Below are positions 21,579 to 32,659 of a stretch of 64,000 bases of DNA, piece after piece. Where the stretch lies: positions 1 to 64,000 of the forward strand of contig CAZCRK010000003.1 in the NCBI GenBank assembly GCA_964501035.1, given 5' to 3'. How positions within the stretch are numbered: the stretch's first letter is position 1; every line of letters starts with the position of its first letter. The position numbers and the translations under genes are program-made. A model generated the notes under the pieces. The model ran no database searches. It saw only the letters and a list, made by a program, of their open reading frames with translations, and was not told the origin of the DNA.

Positions 21579-23541
21579 CAGCGGAAGTTTTAGTAGTTGA
21601 TTTTCTTCTAACTCGCTTAACTGGTTTAGATTCTTTAGTATCATTTTTGTTATCAGAATTCTCCAATAGTTTCTTAAACCTTGAACCAGTAATTGTTTCT
21701 TCATTTAACAGAGTTTTAGCTATTAAGTGAAGATTGTCTAAATTATCTCTTAATATTTTATCAGCATTTTTTTCTGCATTTTTCACAAAATAAATGATTT
21801 CTTTATCAATCAAAGTAGATATATCATCGCTATAATCTTTTGAGTGAGAAATTTCTCGTCCCAAGAACACTTCTTCAGATTTTTTCCCAAATGTAAGCGG
21901 ACCGATTTTTTCACTCATACCCCATTCACAAACCATTTTCCGTGCTGTATCGGTCGCAACAGATAAATCATTCGAAGCACCTGTAGATGTATCTTTAAAG
22001 ATAATCTTTTCAGCAATTCTTCCACCCATTAAAATATCTAATCTATTACGTAAGTATTTTGAGGAATAATTATGTTTTTCATCTTCAGGTAATTGAGCCG
22101 TAACACCTAAGGCTCTACCTCGGGGAATAATTGATATCTTATGGACTGGATCTGCATTTTTACTAAAATATGCTACCAAAGCATGTCCAGCTTCATGATA
22201 TGCTGTGATTTTGCGTTCTGCTGGGGTTAAAATCATACTTTTCCTTTCAATCCCCATCATAACCTTATCTTTAGCTTCATCAAAATCAATCATAGCAACT
22301 TTTGATTTATTTTTTCTAGCTGCAAGTAAAGCAGATTCGTTCACAAGATTTTCTAAGTCAGCTCCAACAAGCCCTGGTGTACCTTTTGCAATTTGTTTCA
22401 ATTTAACATTTTTTGCTAAAGGAATCTTTTTAGTGTGAATTTTAAGGATAGCTTCACGACCCTCAACTCCTGGTATATCTACGACAATCTGTCTGTCAAA
22501 TCTTCCTGGCCTTAACAGTGCTTTATCTAAAACATCAGGTCTATTTGTTGCAGCTAACAATATCACATTATCATCTGTATCAAAGCCATCCATTTCTACT
22601 AAGATTTGATTTAACGTTTGTTCACGTTCATCATGGCCGCCACCTAATCCAGCACCTCTATGGCGCCCAACTGCATCAATCTCATCAATAAAGATTATAC
22701 TTGGTGCATTTTTTTTAGCTTGATTAAATAGATCACGGACTCTGCTTGCACCAACACCTACGAACATTTCAACAAACTCTGCACCACTTATACTAAAAAA
22801 TGGTACTTTCGCTTCGCCGGAAACAGCCTTCCCTAATAGGGTTTTACCAGTACCTGGAGGGCCAAGTAATAATGCACCTCTTGGTATTTTAGCTCCTAAT
22901 TTTTTAAATTTATTAGGATGTTTCAGAAATTCAACTATCTCTTGTAATTCTACTTTTGCTTCATCACAACCAGCTACATCAGTAAATAATACTTTTGGGC
23001 TATCTGGTGAAATAATTTTTGCTCTGCTTTTTGCAAAATTAAATATACCACCTTGACCACCACCACCTTGCATTTTACGCATTAAAAAGAACCAAAAGAA
23101 AATAATTAACAACCACGGTGAAAATTGAATTAAATAATCAACAAAGCCAATCGAGATATCTTCAAATTTATATTCAATTTCTTTTTCTGTCCATTCATCA
23201 GACATTTCTACAGTAACTTCAGGTAGTGTTGTTATAAATCCAGTATATTCTTTTTCAATTTTTTGATTATTTAACAATATTACTGGTTCTTTAAAGGTGC
23301 CTTGAAACTGCCTACCTTCAATAACAGCTGATTCAATATTTTCATTATCGAGAAATTCTCTATATTTTGAAAATGTTACTTCTTTGATTAAATTATCTGA
23401 AGTAAAATATTGCATGGCTGAGACTGCCATTATAATAATAAGTACCCAAATTAATAAATTGTTACCAATTGTTTTCCAAAGTTTATCGTTATTTTTTTTG
23501 GGTGACTGTTTATTACTTTTTCTAAATTTATTATTTTTCAT
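21562..23541 (-). CDS. ftsH: ATP-dependent zinc metalloprotease FtsH
   Basis: Two TMs, [20 protein letters not shown]. Confidence 0.98.
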   Translation of the reverse strand: MKNNKFRKSNKQSPKKNNDKLWKTIGNNLLIWVLIIIMAVSAMQYFTSDNLIKEVTFSKYREFLDNENIESAVIEGRQFQGTFKEPVILLNNQKIEKEYTGFITTLPEVTVEMSDEWTEKEIEYKFEDISIGFVDYLIQFSPWLLIIFFWFFLMRKMQGGGGQGGIFNFAKSRAKIISPDSPKVLFTDVAGCDEAKVELQEIVEFLKHPNKFKKLGAKIPRGALLLGPPGTGKTLLGKAVSGEAKVPFFSISGAEFVEMFVGVGASRVRDLFNQAKKNAPSIIFIDEIDAVGRHRGAGLGGGHDEREQTLNQILVEMDGFDTDDNVILLAATNRPDVLDKALLRPGRFDRQIVVDIPGVEGREAILKIHTKKIPLAKNVKLKQIAKGTPGLVGADLENLVNESALLAARKNKSKVAMIDFDEAKDKVMMGIERKSMILTPAERKITAYHEAGHALVAYFSKNADPVHKISIIPRGRALGVTAQLPEDEKHNYSSKYLRNRLDILMGGRIAEKIIFKDTSTGASNDLSVATDTARKMVCEWGMSEKIGPLTFGKKSEEVFLGREISHSKDYSDDISTLIDKEIIYFVKNAEKNADKILRDNLDNLHLIAKTLLNEETITGSRFKKLLENSDNKNDTKESKPVKRVRRKSTTKTSADVESK

Positions 23542-23543
23542 AA

Positions 23544-24068
23544 TTATTCTTCATCCATTATAAATATTGAGGGTAAACCTCTCATTTTTTGGTTATAGTC
23601 TAAACCATATCCTACAACAAATTTATCTTCAATTTCAAAACCAATATAATCAACATCAAAACTAATTTGTGCAATATCTTTTTTGTACAACAAAGTTGCA
23701 AACTGTAATGATTTAGGCTTCATTTCTTCTAATCTGTGTTTTAAAAATTCTAAGGACAAGCCAGTGTCGACAATATCCTCAACAATAATCACATCTCTAT
23801 TGGAAATATCAGCACTCATGTCTTTAACTAGCTTAACTTTGCCTGAACTGATTTTACTATTACCATAAGATGATATTTTAATAAAATCTACTTCAAAATC
23901 AACATCTAAGTTTCTTACCAAATCTGCCATAAACAAAAAAGAACCGTTTAAAACACCGATAATAATTGGGACACTATCCTTATTCCTTTCAGAAATCATT
24001 TTTCCCAACTCAACTAATCGTGCATTAATTTTATCTTTTGAAATCAATTCTCTCATTAATTTTTCCAT
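23544..24068 (-). CDS. hpt: Hypoxanthine phosphoribosyltransferase (start may be 24056)
   Basis: [22 protein letters not shown]; tilS-hpt-ftsH synteny. Confidence 0.96.
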   Translation of the reverse strand: MEKLMRELISKDKINARLVELGKMISERNKDSVPIIIGVLNGSFLFMADLVRNLDVDFEVDFIKISSYGNSKISSGKVKLVKDMSADISNRDVIIVEDIVDTGLSLEFLKHRLEEMKPKSLQFATLLYKKDIAQISFDVDYIGFEIEDKFVVGYGLDYNQKMRGLPSIFIMDEE

Positions 24069-25432
24069 TCATTATTAAACAATGTACATCTTATTTCAAT
24101 ATTATTGTTGTCAGTGCTTTTATAAATAGCATGATCTATGCCAGGTATCCACATTATATTATCATCATTATCTGTTACAATTGGATATTTATTTTTATGA
24201 AAAGTTGAAATTTTTTCATTTGTAAATAATTTACTTACTTTCACTATTTTTCTATTTCTGTAAGAATAAATTTTATCAGAATCCTTCCATACTCTGACTT
24301 TCAACCCATTTCTAATTACTTTATCCGATACATGCAACACATATGTTGATTTTTTATTTTTCTGTCTATTAGAAATATGAAAAATAGAATCATTCCATGT
24401 ATAGTTGGCAACTTTATCAATTTTAAGAATTTTTGATTTGACAACTGGTGTTTTAAAGAATATCAAATCTACTCTATCTTTTAAAACTGATACATTTTTA
24501 TTGATTACAAATATTGAGCCAATTGATGATTGCTGTGTAAACTTATTAAATTCATGCCAACATTGACTTGTTTTTTGTACATTTGGCATACTAAAGTATT
24601 TGTTTAGCAATATCTGACATAAAAATTTTTTTTCTATTCGAGTAAAATGAGCAATGCTTTTTAAGGTAATCGAAAACCAGTCTAATTGCTGACCAATCTG
24701 AGAAACTAGTTTATAATAATTACTATCAAGTCTTTCATGTAGTTGGTTTAACTTATTCAAAGAAGATTTAACTTGATTTAGTAATTCAGTTTTATAATTT
24801 GGATACTCTTTAAGTTTTTCTGGTAGCAATGAATTTCTTATCTTATTTCTTAAGAAACACTCATCTCGGTTCGAAACATCTTCAATCCAAGTTAAATTAT
24901 TTTCTTTTGCATACTTTAGGATTGTTTTTTTATTAACATGCAATAATGGGCGAATAATATTGCCCAAATTCTCTCTAATTCCAATTTTTGAAATCCAATC
25001 AGCATTCTGCATATTTTTCATAAAAATGGTTTCAACTTGATCATCTTCATGATGCGCTGTTAGAATATAGTTATATTTAGAATTTGATGCAATTGATTGT
25101 AAAAAACTATATCTTATTTCTCGCGCAGTTGCTTCAACATTTGTTAGAATTTTAAAACTAACATCTTTCACATAAATGCTACAATCAAATTGGTTAGCAA
25201 GTGTTTTACACTTTTCCATTGCTATCATAGAATTGGACTGCATATTATAGTTCACATGTGCTAAACCGATAGTAAAATTATATTTCTTTGACAAGTCATG
25301 CAACAAATGACTTAAGACAACACTATCTACACCTGCAGAAATTGCTATTAATATTTTACCATCTGACAAAGATGAACTAGTCGTATTTACATAGGAGTTA
25401 ATTTTTTGATATACAATTTTATGTAAATTCAT
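24056..25432 (-). CDS. tilS: tRNA(Ile)-lysidine synthetase
   Basis: AISAGVDS, EATAREIRY, TAHHEDDQVET, IRPLL, RNKIR. Confidence 0.93.
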   Translation of the reverse strand: MNLHKIVYQKINSYVNTTSSSLSDGKILIAISAGVDSVVLSHLLHDLSKKYNFTIGLAHVNYNMQSNSMIAMEKCKTLANQFDCSIYVKDVSFKILTNVEATAREIRYSFLQSIASNSKYNYILTAHHEDDQVETIFMKNMQNADWISKIGIRENLGNIIRPLLHVNKKTILKYAKENNLTWIEDVSNRDECFLRNKIRNSLLPEKLKEYPNYKTELLNQVKSSLNKLNQLHERLDSNYYKLVSQIGQQLDWFSITLKSIAHFTRIEKKFLCQILLNKYFSMPNVQKTSQCWHEFNKFTQQSSIGSIFVINKNVSVLKDRVDLIFFKTPVVKSKILKIDKVANYTWNDSIFHISNRQKNKKSTYVLHVSDKVIRNGLKVRVWKDSDKIYSYRNRKIVKVSKLFTNEKISTFHKNKYPIVTDNDDNIMWIPGIDHAIYKSTDNNNIEIRCTLFNNEWKN

Positions 25433-26053
25433 TTAATTTAAAAAAGGATTATTTTCTCTTTCGAATCCAATAGAAGTATTTTCACCATGTCCTGGATACA
25501 CAATTGTTTCATTGGGCAATCCAAATAACTGATTTTTAATACTGCTGATTAAAGAAGTAAAGTCACCTGTTGGTAAATCTGTTCGTCCAATAGATTTAAA
25601 GAATAAAGTATCTCCAGTAAATAAATGATTTTCAATTAAGAAACAAACACCACCCTTAGTATGTCCTGGTGTGTAGATGATTTCAATTTTTAACTCTTTA
25701 AATTCATAGGACTTTTCTTCAAAATAATAATCAACCTGTGGTATTTTAACTTCAGGTAGTCCAAACAATTGTGAATATTGTGGAATGCTATTTAATATCT
25801 CAAGCTCTAACTCATGTAAGTAAAATGGCGAGTTATATTTCTGTGAAATAAAAGAAACAGCTCCAACATGATCAATATGTGCATGTGTATTTAAAATTGC
25901 AAGAAGTGAAACTTGTAAATCATCAATAATCGATGAAATTTTATTGGGTTCACTTCCAGGATCAATCAGAACAGCAGACTTTGAAGCCGAGCTCCATATT
26001 AAATATGAATTTTCTTCAAATGGACCATTACATATTTTTTCGACTTTAAATAT
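25433..26053 (-). CDS. MBL-fold metallo-hydrolase (glyoxalase II-like), 206 aa if started at ATA 26053
   Basis: Frame is open well upstream of the ORF-track start: FKVEKICNGPFEENSYLIW...LIDPG...NTHAHIDHVGA...TPGHT...FTGDTLF...PGHG; GAGGTG SD 8 nt before ATA. Confidence 0.88.
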   Translation of the reverse strand: MFKVEKICNGPFEENSYLIWSSASKSAVLIDPGSEPNKISSIIDDLQVSLLAILNTHAHIDHVGAVSFISQKYNSPFYLHELELEILNSIPQYSQLFGLPEVKIPQVDYYFEEKSYEFKELKIEIIYTPGHTKGGVCFLIENHLFTGDTLFFKSIGRTDLPTGDFTSLISSIKNQLFGLPNETIVYPGHGENTSIGFERENNPFLN

Positions 26054-26058
26054 ATTAG

Positions 26059-27126
26059 CTACACCTCATCAAAAAATAATGGTTTTAAACATTGAATTTT
26101 ATCTTCATAAGAATGTGGGTACAAAAACCACTCACAAACTGAAATGGAGCTAAGGAGAGAATTACCATCTTGTGGTGTAAAACAAAATCCTGTAATTTCT
26201 TTACCATTTCTCACATTCAATGAAGGAATCGATATTACAGTTTGATTTAATATTCTTCCAAAATGTCCGTGGTCTCTTCCAAATGAAAATACTTCATTAG
26301 CATTAATTTTATCTGTTGTTGCAATTTTATCATTGGCATCTAATTTGCTAATTAATTTTTGAATTGTTGTTTCTTTTTTAACCTTTAAAGAAAAATGCAA
26401 AATGTGCATATACTGTGAATTCACTTTCATGGCTGATGAAAATAAATTTAAATCAAGTCCAATTGTGTTAAACAATAATGCTGCATCTCGTGCATGATGA
26501 GTTCCATACTTTTCATCTTTATGTTTTCCAACTTCTGGTGCTGGAACAAAACTATTTGATTGACTAACATCATTTGATCGGCGAATTAACAAGAACCTAC
26601 CATCTTCTAGATTATCATCACTCTCATCAAGAGCAAGGGTTTTAACAATTGATGATAAGTTATGCGTATTGCAAGAAACAACTTGAATAAACCGATCTTC
26701 ATCTTGAATTAATGCAGAATCATTTACTCCTCGAGCATACATTTTACCAAAATCAAATTCACTACCTTGTGCTATAAAACCCTTAGTATTATGTAAAAAT
26801 TTCTCATAGTATTCTACTTTATTTTTATGTCCGAAGCCAGAAGGAGTACAATCAATCACAACTGAAGCCCTATCAATTGCTTGTTCGGTTGAAAATTCAG
26901 CTTTTAAACCAATACTATTAAATCCATCAATTTTATTCTGATGCGTTGTGAGTCGAGCACCACGTTTAATTAAATTTCTCACTTTAGATCTATCAGTGGT
27001 TAATGGAGTATTTTTATGAAAAGTTACTTCATCAATTCCTAAATCATTTTTAAAATCACATAATAAACCTATTAGAGGTTCTCCAATGGTCCCTGTTCCT
27101 ACAACATGCACTATTTTACGTGGCAT
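26059..27126 (-). CDS. Archaeal-type (class II) glyceraldehyde-3-phosphate dehydrogenase-like oxidoreductase
   Basis: GTGTIG, VIDCTPSG, AQGSE, VVSCNTH, IRRSND, THHARD, KVNSQYMH follow the class II GAPDH motif order. Confidence 0.75.
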   Translation of the reverse strand: MPRKIVHVVGTGTIGEPLIGLLCDFKNDLGIDEVTFHKNTPLTTDRSKVRNLIKRGARLTTHQNKIDGFNSIGLKAEFSTEQAIDRASVVIDCTPSGFGHKNKVEYYEKFLHNTKGFIAQGSEFDFGKMYARGVNDSALIQDEDRFIQVVSCNTHNLSSIVKTLALDESDDNLEDGRFLLIRRSNDVSQSNSFVPAPEVGKHKDEKYGTHHARDAALLFNTIGLDLNLFSSAMKVNSQYMHILHFSLKVKKETTIQKLISKLDANDKIATTDKINANEVFSFGRDHGHFGRILNQTVISIPSLNVRNGKEITGFCFTPQDGNSLLSSISVCEWFLYPHSYEDKIQCLKPLFFDEV

Positions 27127-27218
27127 TTCTATCTCCTATAACTTAGTTTTGTATAAATTTTTTAAATAACATCGTGTATTTTACACATTATTTCATGTAC
27201 ATCTTAAAACGTTTCTCA

Positions 27219-28346
27219 TTAAAGTGCATATTCAACATTGGATATTAAATATTGCTTCAATGATTTAAAGTTTCCATTTTTAAAGACTTCTAGTTGATGG
27301 TCTGCTTCTGTTCCGTTTTCTAATATATCATGTGCAATTCTTAGAACATCTTCATTTCCAAAATAATGAAGAGAATCATTAGCATAATTCAACATTTGCT
27401 TTATTGTATCAGACATTGTAATACATTTATTTTGAACCGGATCCATAATAAATGCATTAAAGCTAAAGCGGGATGCTTTCCAAAGTGCATCATGTAGATA
27501 TTCCATTGAGAAGTCTTCTTCTAGATTACCATTAATGTATTCATTGCATGCAGTGTGTATTAGAGATTGAGCTAGAGCAATAACTAATTTAGTTCTAGAA
27601 AGTGACCGTTGAACTTCAGGCATTCTAAATTCAACAGTTCCAAAGTCCATATGTGGTCTTATCTTCCACCAAATTTGACGTGGTTTTTCAATTGATTTCA
27701 TTTTAATAAAATTATTTACAATTTCAGAATATTCGTCAAATGAGCTAAAGGTTTGTGGAATATTGGTTCTAGGGAATACACCAAACTGCATAGTTCGTGA
27801 AGATTTCATCGTGGTTAACTGTCCTTCAAAAAATGGAGAATTAGTCGTTAGAGCTACAATTGGTGCTATCCATCTTCTCATTGCATTTGTCACATGTATC
27901 GCTGTTTCTGCATTAGGTACAGCAACATGAACATGTGTGGCAAAAGTCATATTTCGTTGAGCATAATAACCTAGTTGTTCTGAAACCCAGTTGTATGAAT
28001 CATTTTTCACAAACTGTTGTTCTTCGGGTTTTGCTGTGGGATGCGTACCACTTATACCAATTACAAACCCAACTTTTTGTCCAATTTCTCTTAAAAGTTG
28101 TCTATAATACACAACTTTTTCCAATGCTTCATTAACTGAATTACAAATGGGAGTATTCATCTCGATTTCAGATAAAATTAACTCATAACTAAATCTATCT
28201 AACTCAGATTCAGGTAGTAAATCAAAAATTTTGTCAGCAATATTTACTAAATTTCCAGTAGTTGAATTACAGAGCATATACTCTTCTTCAACACCAACTG
28301 TAAATGGATGTTTTTTATTAAATATTTCTGCGCAATTTTCTAACAT
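27219..28346 (-). CDS. ybdK: YbdK/GCS2-family carboxylate-amine ligase
   Basis: FTVGVEEEY, HVHVAV, NSPFFEG, WWKIRPH..FGTVEFR. Confidence 0.88.
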   Translation of the reverse strand: MLENCAEIFNKKHPFTVGVEEEYMLCNSTTGNLVNIADKIFDLLPESELDRFSYELILSEIEMNTPICNSVNEALEKVVYYRQLLREIGQKVGFVIGISGTHPTAKPEEQQFVKNDSYNWVSEQLGYYAQRNMTFATHVHVAVPNAETAIHVTNAMRRWIAPIVALTTNSPFFEGQLTTMKSSRTMQFGVFPRTNIPQTFSSFDEYSEIVNNFIKMKSIEKPRQIWWKIRPHMDFGTVEFRMPEVQRSLSRTKLVIALAQSLIHTACNEYINGNLEEDFSMEYLHDALWKASRFSFNAFIMDPVQNKCITMSDTIKQMLNYANDSLHYFGNEDVLRIAHDILENGTEADHQLEVFKNGNFKSLKQYLISNVEYAL

Positions 28347-29158
28347 TCAAATTTTTCTAATAAAAGTGTATAATCACTTTTATCAACCCCATATGTTCCA
28401 ATATTATTTTTAGTTTTTCGTGTATGAAAATCTGACCCACCTGTGATTAGAAGTGAATTATGTTTTGCATAATTTAACAAATATTTAACCACCTTTACTG
28501 AGTGATCAGGGTGATAAATTTCTAATCCATTTAATCCTAAATCTACTAATTCATCCAAGTTAACACAATCTTGATAAACTCCATAATGTGCCAAAGAAGA
28601 CACAAAATTGTTTTTCTGTGCTATGTCTAGAATTTTTTTTGCTGAAGGTTTATTTTTTTGAACATAAGCTGGTTTCCCATAACCCAATAAAGTATCAAAA
28701 ACAGTACGAAAATTAGAAACTAAATTTTGATTAACAAGTTCTTTTGCTAAGTGTGGCCTACCAGGATTTGAATATTTTGATAGCAAGTTTTTGTAATCTA
28801 TTTTATATCCTAAATCATTCAATTTTTCACCCATTTGAAGAAAGGCATTACATCTTTCTGAATGCATGCTTTTAAAGAGTTCTCTAAGTTCAGAGCAATC
28901 TATTTTCTGTCCATATAAAAGTATATGAATATTGTAATCAGAATGGATGCATGATACTTCCACTCCAGGAATAAACTGTGTGCTAACTTTAGAATTTGCA
29001 AGATATTCTTGTATTAACGAAATATGTGTAATAGTATCATGATCGGTAACACTGAATGCTTTTATATTATTCTGCAAAATATATTTTACGATTTTATCTG
29101 TAGATAATTCGCCATCAGATTGAGTTGAGTGCATATGTAGGTCTGCATACACTAACAT
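28340..29158 (-). CDS. PHP-domain phosphoesterase (TrpH/YciV-like)
   Basis: DLHMHSTQSDG, TDHD, PGVEVS, GRPHLA, LAH, TGGSDFH. Confidence 0.9.
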   Translation of the reverse strand: MLVYADLHMHSTQSDGELSTDKIVKYILQNNIKAFSVTDHDTITHISLIQEYLANSKVSTQFIPGVEVSCIHSDYNIHILLYGQKIDCSELRELFKSMHSERCNAFLQMGEKLNDLGYKIDYKNLLSKYSNPGRPHLAKELVNQNLVSNFRTVFDTLLGYGKPAYVQKNKPSAKKILDIAQKNNFVSSLAHYGVYQDCVNLDELVDLGLNGLEIYHPDHSVKVVKYLLNYAKHNSLLITGGSDFHTRKTKNNIGTYGVDKSDYTLLLEKFEC

Positions 29159-30798
29159 TAAATAACTGCTGTCTCTTCCCAATCACCAAATACTAATTTC
29201 ATTGCCTCAACTATTTCACCCATACTTGCATAGGCGTTTGCAGCATCTATAATCAGAGGTAATAAATTTTGTTTTGTAGAACATGCTTCTGTAATATTTT
29301 TTAAAGCAGTTTCAACCTTTGAATTGTCTCGATTTAGTTTAAGTTTTTTTAGACTTTCAATTTGCTTTTTTTCTACTTCATCTGAAATTTCTAAGATAGG
29401 TATATTTATTTCTTCATTTTCTTTTATGAAGTCATTAACACCAACGACTATTCTTCTTTTTTTATCTACGCGCATTTGATAGTCTGAGGCTGCCTCAGCA
29501 ATTTCTCGTTGGAAAAAACCCATTTCAATAGCTGGGATAACACCACCAAGTTCATCAATTTTATTAAAATATTTTTCAACTTCTGATTCCATCTTATCAG
29601 TAAGTTCTTCAACATACCAACTACCACCAAGAGGATCAGCAACATTTGCAATACCTGTCTCATAAGCTGCAATTTGCTGAGTTCTAAGTGCAATTTCAAC
29701 AGCTTTTTCTGAAGGTAAAGCAAGTGTTTCATCCATTGAATTAGTGTGTAAGGACTGAGTTCCACCTAAAACAGCAGCCAATGCTTGATATGCAGTTCGA
29801 GTAATATTATTTTCTGGTTGTTGAGCAGTTAATGAATAACCAGCAGTTTGTGTATGAAAACGGAGTTTAAATGATCGTTCGCTTTTAGCGTTGTATTTAT
29901 TTTTTAATCTTTTAGCCCAAATGCGTCTAGCTGCTCTAAATTTTGCAATTTCTTCGAAGAAATCTAAATGAGAATTAAAGAAAAATGATAAGCGTGGAGC
30001 AAATTCATCAACATCTAACCCAACGTCTAATGCATGCTCAACATAAGAAAATCCATCCGCCAGTGTAAATGCAAGTTCTTGAATTGCTGTAGAACCAGCT
30101 TCTCGTATATGATACCCACTCACAGATATAGTATTATATTTCGGCATATTTTGGGTACAATATTGAATCATATCTGTAATAATTCTCATTGATTCTCGTG
30201 GAGGATAAATCCATTCTTTTTGAGCAATATATTCTTTCAAAATATCATTTTGGAGTGTTCCATTAAGTTTTGATATATCTGCACCTTGTTTCATAGCTAC
30301 TGCAACATAAAATGCAAATACAATTACTGCTGGTCCATTAATAGTCATTGATACGCTAACATCTGATAAATTAATTCCATCAAACAACTTTTCCATATCT
30401 TGGAGTGAACTAATTGCTACTCCACAGTGACCAACTTCACCATTTGAAATTGGATGGTCTGCATCATATCCCATTAAAGTAGGCATATCAAACGCAACAG
30501 AAAGACCAGTAATGCCTTCTTTCAATAAAAACTTAAATCTTTCGTTGGTCTCTTCGGGAGTTCCAAATCCAGCAAACTGACGCATTGTCCAAAGCTTTCC
30601 ACGATACATGTTTGCATGAATACCACGAGTATAGGGAAATTGTCCTGGAAAGTTTAAACTTGAAATATAGTCTTCATCAATTTCTTCAGGATAATAAAGT
30701 GAGTTAATTTCTTCACCTGATGCAGATTTGAAACTATAATCTCTATTTCGTGAGTTTTCTATTTCCTTTTCCCAAATCTCTCTATTCGTCAATGTCAT
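29158..30798 (-). CDS. B12-dependent acyl-CoA mutase large subunit, isobutyryl-CoA mutase (IcmA)-like; no B12-binding domain
   Basis: PGQFPYTRG, TMRQFAGFG, QNDILKEYIAQKEW, SGYHIREAG; no DxHxxG C-terminal domain. Confidence 0.9.
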   Translation of the reverse strand: MTLTNREIWEKEIENSRNRDYSFKSASGEEINSLYYPEEIDEDYISSLNFPGQFPYTRGIHANMYRGKLWTMRQFAGFGTPEETNERFKFLLKEGITGLSVAFDMPTLMGYDADHPISNGEVGHCGVAISSLQDMEKLFDGINLSDVSVSMTINGPAVIVFAFYVAVAMKQGADISKLNGTLQNDILKEYIAQKEWIYPPRESMRIITDMIQYCTQNMPKYNTISVSGYHIREAGSTAIQELAFTLADGFSYVEHALDVGLDVDEFAPRLSFFFNSHLDFFEEIAKFRAARRIWAKRLKNKYNAKSERSFKLRFHTQTAGYSLTAQQPENNITRTAYQALAAVLGGTQSLHTNSMDETLALPSEKAVEIALRTQQIAAYETGIANVADPLGGSWYVEELTDKMESEVEKYFNKIDELGGVIPAIEMGFFQREIAEAASDYQMRVDKKRRIVVGVNDFIKENEEINIPILEISDEVEKKQIESLKKLKLNRDNSKVETALKNITEACSTKQNLLPLIIDAANAYASMGEIVEAMKLVFGDWEETAVI

Positions 30799-32659
30799 TA
30801 TAAATACTCTTTTTAATATTTTCAATCAAGTGATTTGTATTCAATTTAACCTCATCCAACAACTCTTGTCGAGTTGCATGTTCTATATATTCATCTGGAA
30901 TCCCCATTCGAATAACTTTACATTTATATGTATGATTATGGATGTATTCCAGCACAGATGATCCAAACCCTCCTATTAGAGCACCTTCTTCCATTGTTAT
31001 CACTGTATCATGATTTGTTAACACTTCATCAAGAATTTTTCTATCCATAGGTTTTATAAATCGAGCATTTACAACTGTTGGATTAACTGAAACTTGCCTG
31101 TTTATCTCTTCAAGGCTTGAAAGGGCTAAATCAACCATACTTCCGGTAGCTAAAACAGCAACTTTGGAACCTTTTTGCAGGTACTCCCAAGAACCAATCT
31201 CTAGTAATTCTGCAGACTCGCTTTCATTATAATTCACGCAATTCGATTTTGGGTATCTAATTAAAAAAATTGATTTGGACTCTGTTGCAGTATATAAAAG
31301 ATTTTTTAATTCCTGACCATCTTTTGGAGCAGAAATTATTACATCTGGTAAATGTTTAAATAGTGCAATATCAAACACACCATGATGTGTGGGACCATCA
31401 GGACCAACTAAGCCAGCCCTATCCATACACACTACTAATGGGAGTTTCTGTAAAATTGCATCATGAAAAACATGATCATAAGCACGTTGCATAAATGTAG
31501 AATAAATAGCCACAACAGGCACGAATCCTTCTGCAGATAAACCAGATGCATACGTTATAGCATGTTCTTCAGCAATTCCTACATCTATATATCTTTCAGG
31601 ATATTTTTCAGTATAAACTGACATTCCGGTTCCAACTTCCATTGCAGCTGTAATACATACAATTTTATCATTTTTGTCTGCTAACTGAGTTATTGCGTGA
31701 CCAAACACTTTTGAATAATCTGGTAATTTATTTGCCTTCTGAGTTTTCATTCCAGGCATACTATAGTACTTAGTTGAATCCGATTCAGCTAATTTACTAC
31801 CTTTACCTTTATTCGTGTACACATGAACAAGGACAGGTGTATTCATTTCTTTTACTGCCTTAAATGTTCGTACAAGTTCTTCCATATTATGTCCATCTAT
31901 TGGACCAATGTACCGCAAACCAAATTCTTCAAAAAGAGCACCTGGTGTAAAGTACCCTTTAATTCCCTCTTCAGTTTTTCTCAATATTTTACGAACATGT
32001 TTAGAAATAATTGGTATTTTACCAGAAATATCCCAAATATCATTTCGAATTTTATTATATGTTGGATTCGTAACAACCCTGGTCAAATAGTGAGATAAGG
32101 CTCCAACACTTTTGGATATTGACATTGTATTGTCATTTAAAACCACTGTTAACTGTGTTTTATGATACCCTAAGTTATTTATTCCTTCATAAGCGAGTCC
32201 ACCAGTCATTGCTCCATCACCTATGACAGCTACAACTTGATTTTTCTCCTTCTTTTTATCTCGTGCATGTGCCATTCCAAGTGCTGCTGAAATAGAAGTA
32301 CTAGCATGTCCAGCACCAAAAATATCATGTTCACTTTCGCTTCTTTTTAGAAAACCACTTATTCCATTTTTTGTACGAATTGTATTAAATCTATCTTTTC
32401 TACCGCAAATTATTTTATGAGCATATGCTTGATGTCCAACATCCCAAATTATCTTATCAAATGGAGAATTGTAAGCATAGTGCATAGCGACTGTTAAATC
32501 TACTACTCCTAATGGTGATGAATAATGACCACCAACTTCTTCGATTGTCGTTCCCATAAAATGCGATATTTCATCTGACAAATCACTGAGTGCATTCATA
32601 TTTAATTGTTTTAAATCTGAAGGATCGTCTATTTTTTCTAATAATTTATATTTGGTCAT
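30782..32659 (-). CDS. dxs: 1-deoxy-D-xylulose-5-phosphate synthase (start trimmed to 32659)
   Basis: WDVGHQAYAHK, GAGHASTSIS, GDGAMTGG, DVGIAEEHA, DRAGLVGPDGPTHHG. Confidence 0.97.
   Translation of the reverse strand: MTKYKLLEKIDDPSDLKQLNMNALSDLSDEISHFMGTTIEEVGGHYSSPLGVVDLTVAMHYAYNSPFDKIIWDVGHQAYAHKIICGRKDRFNTIRTKNGISGFLKRSESEHDIFGAGHASTSISAALGMAHARDKKKEKNQVVAVIGDGAMTGGLAYEGINNLGYHKTQLTVVLNDNTMSISKSVGALSHYLTRVVTNPTYNKIRNDIWDISGKIPIISKHVRKILRKTEEGIKGYFTPGALFEEFGLRYIGPIDGHNMEELVRTFKAVKEMNTPVLVHVYTNKGKGSKLAESDSTKYYSMPGMKTQKANKLPDYSKVFGHAITQLADKNDKIVCITAAMEVGTGMSVYTEKYPERYIDVGIAEEHAITYASGLSAEGFVPVVAIYSTFMQRAYDHVFHDAILQKLPLVVCMDRAGLVGPDGPTHHGVFDIALFKHLPDVIISAPKDGQELKNLLYTATESKSIFLIRYPKSNCVNYNESESAELLEIGSWEYLQKGSKVAVLATGSMVDLALSSLEEINRQVSVNPTVVNARFIKPMDRKILDEVLTNHDTVITMEEGALIGGFGSSVLEYIHNHTYKCKVIRMGIPDEYIEHATRQELLDEVKLNTNHLIENIKKSIYNDIDE

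Noticed and set aside
21579..21704. N-terminal extensions in the ORF track for folP (also dxs, USP, nqrB/C/D, nuoI, PHP, mutase)
   Set aside because: They overlap upstream genes; downstream starts have an SD or stop/start coupling and match family N-termini
27174..27186. Inverted repeat GTGTA-TTT-TACAC upstream of the GAPDH-like gene as a Rex/CRP site
   Set aside because: Spacing is one base short of those consensus sites; short AT-rich palindromes arise by chance
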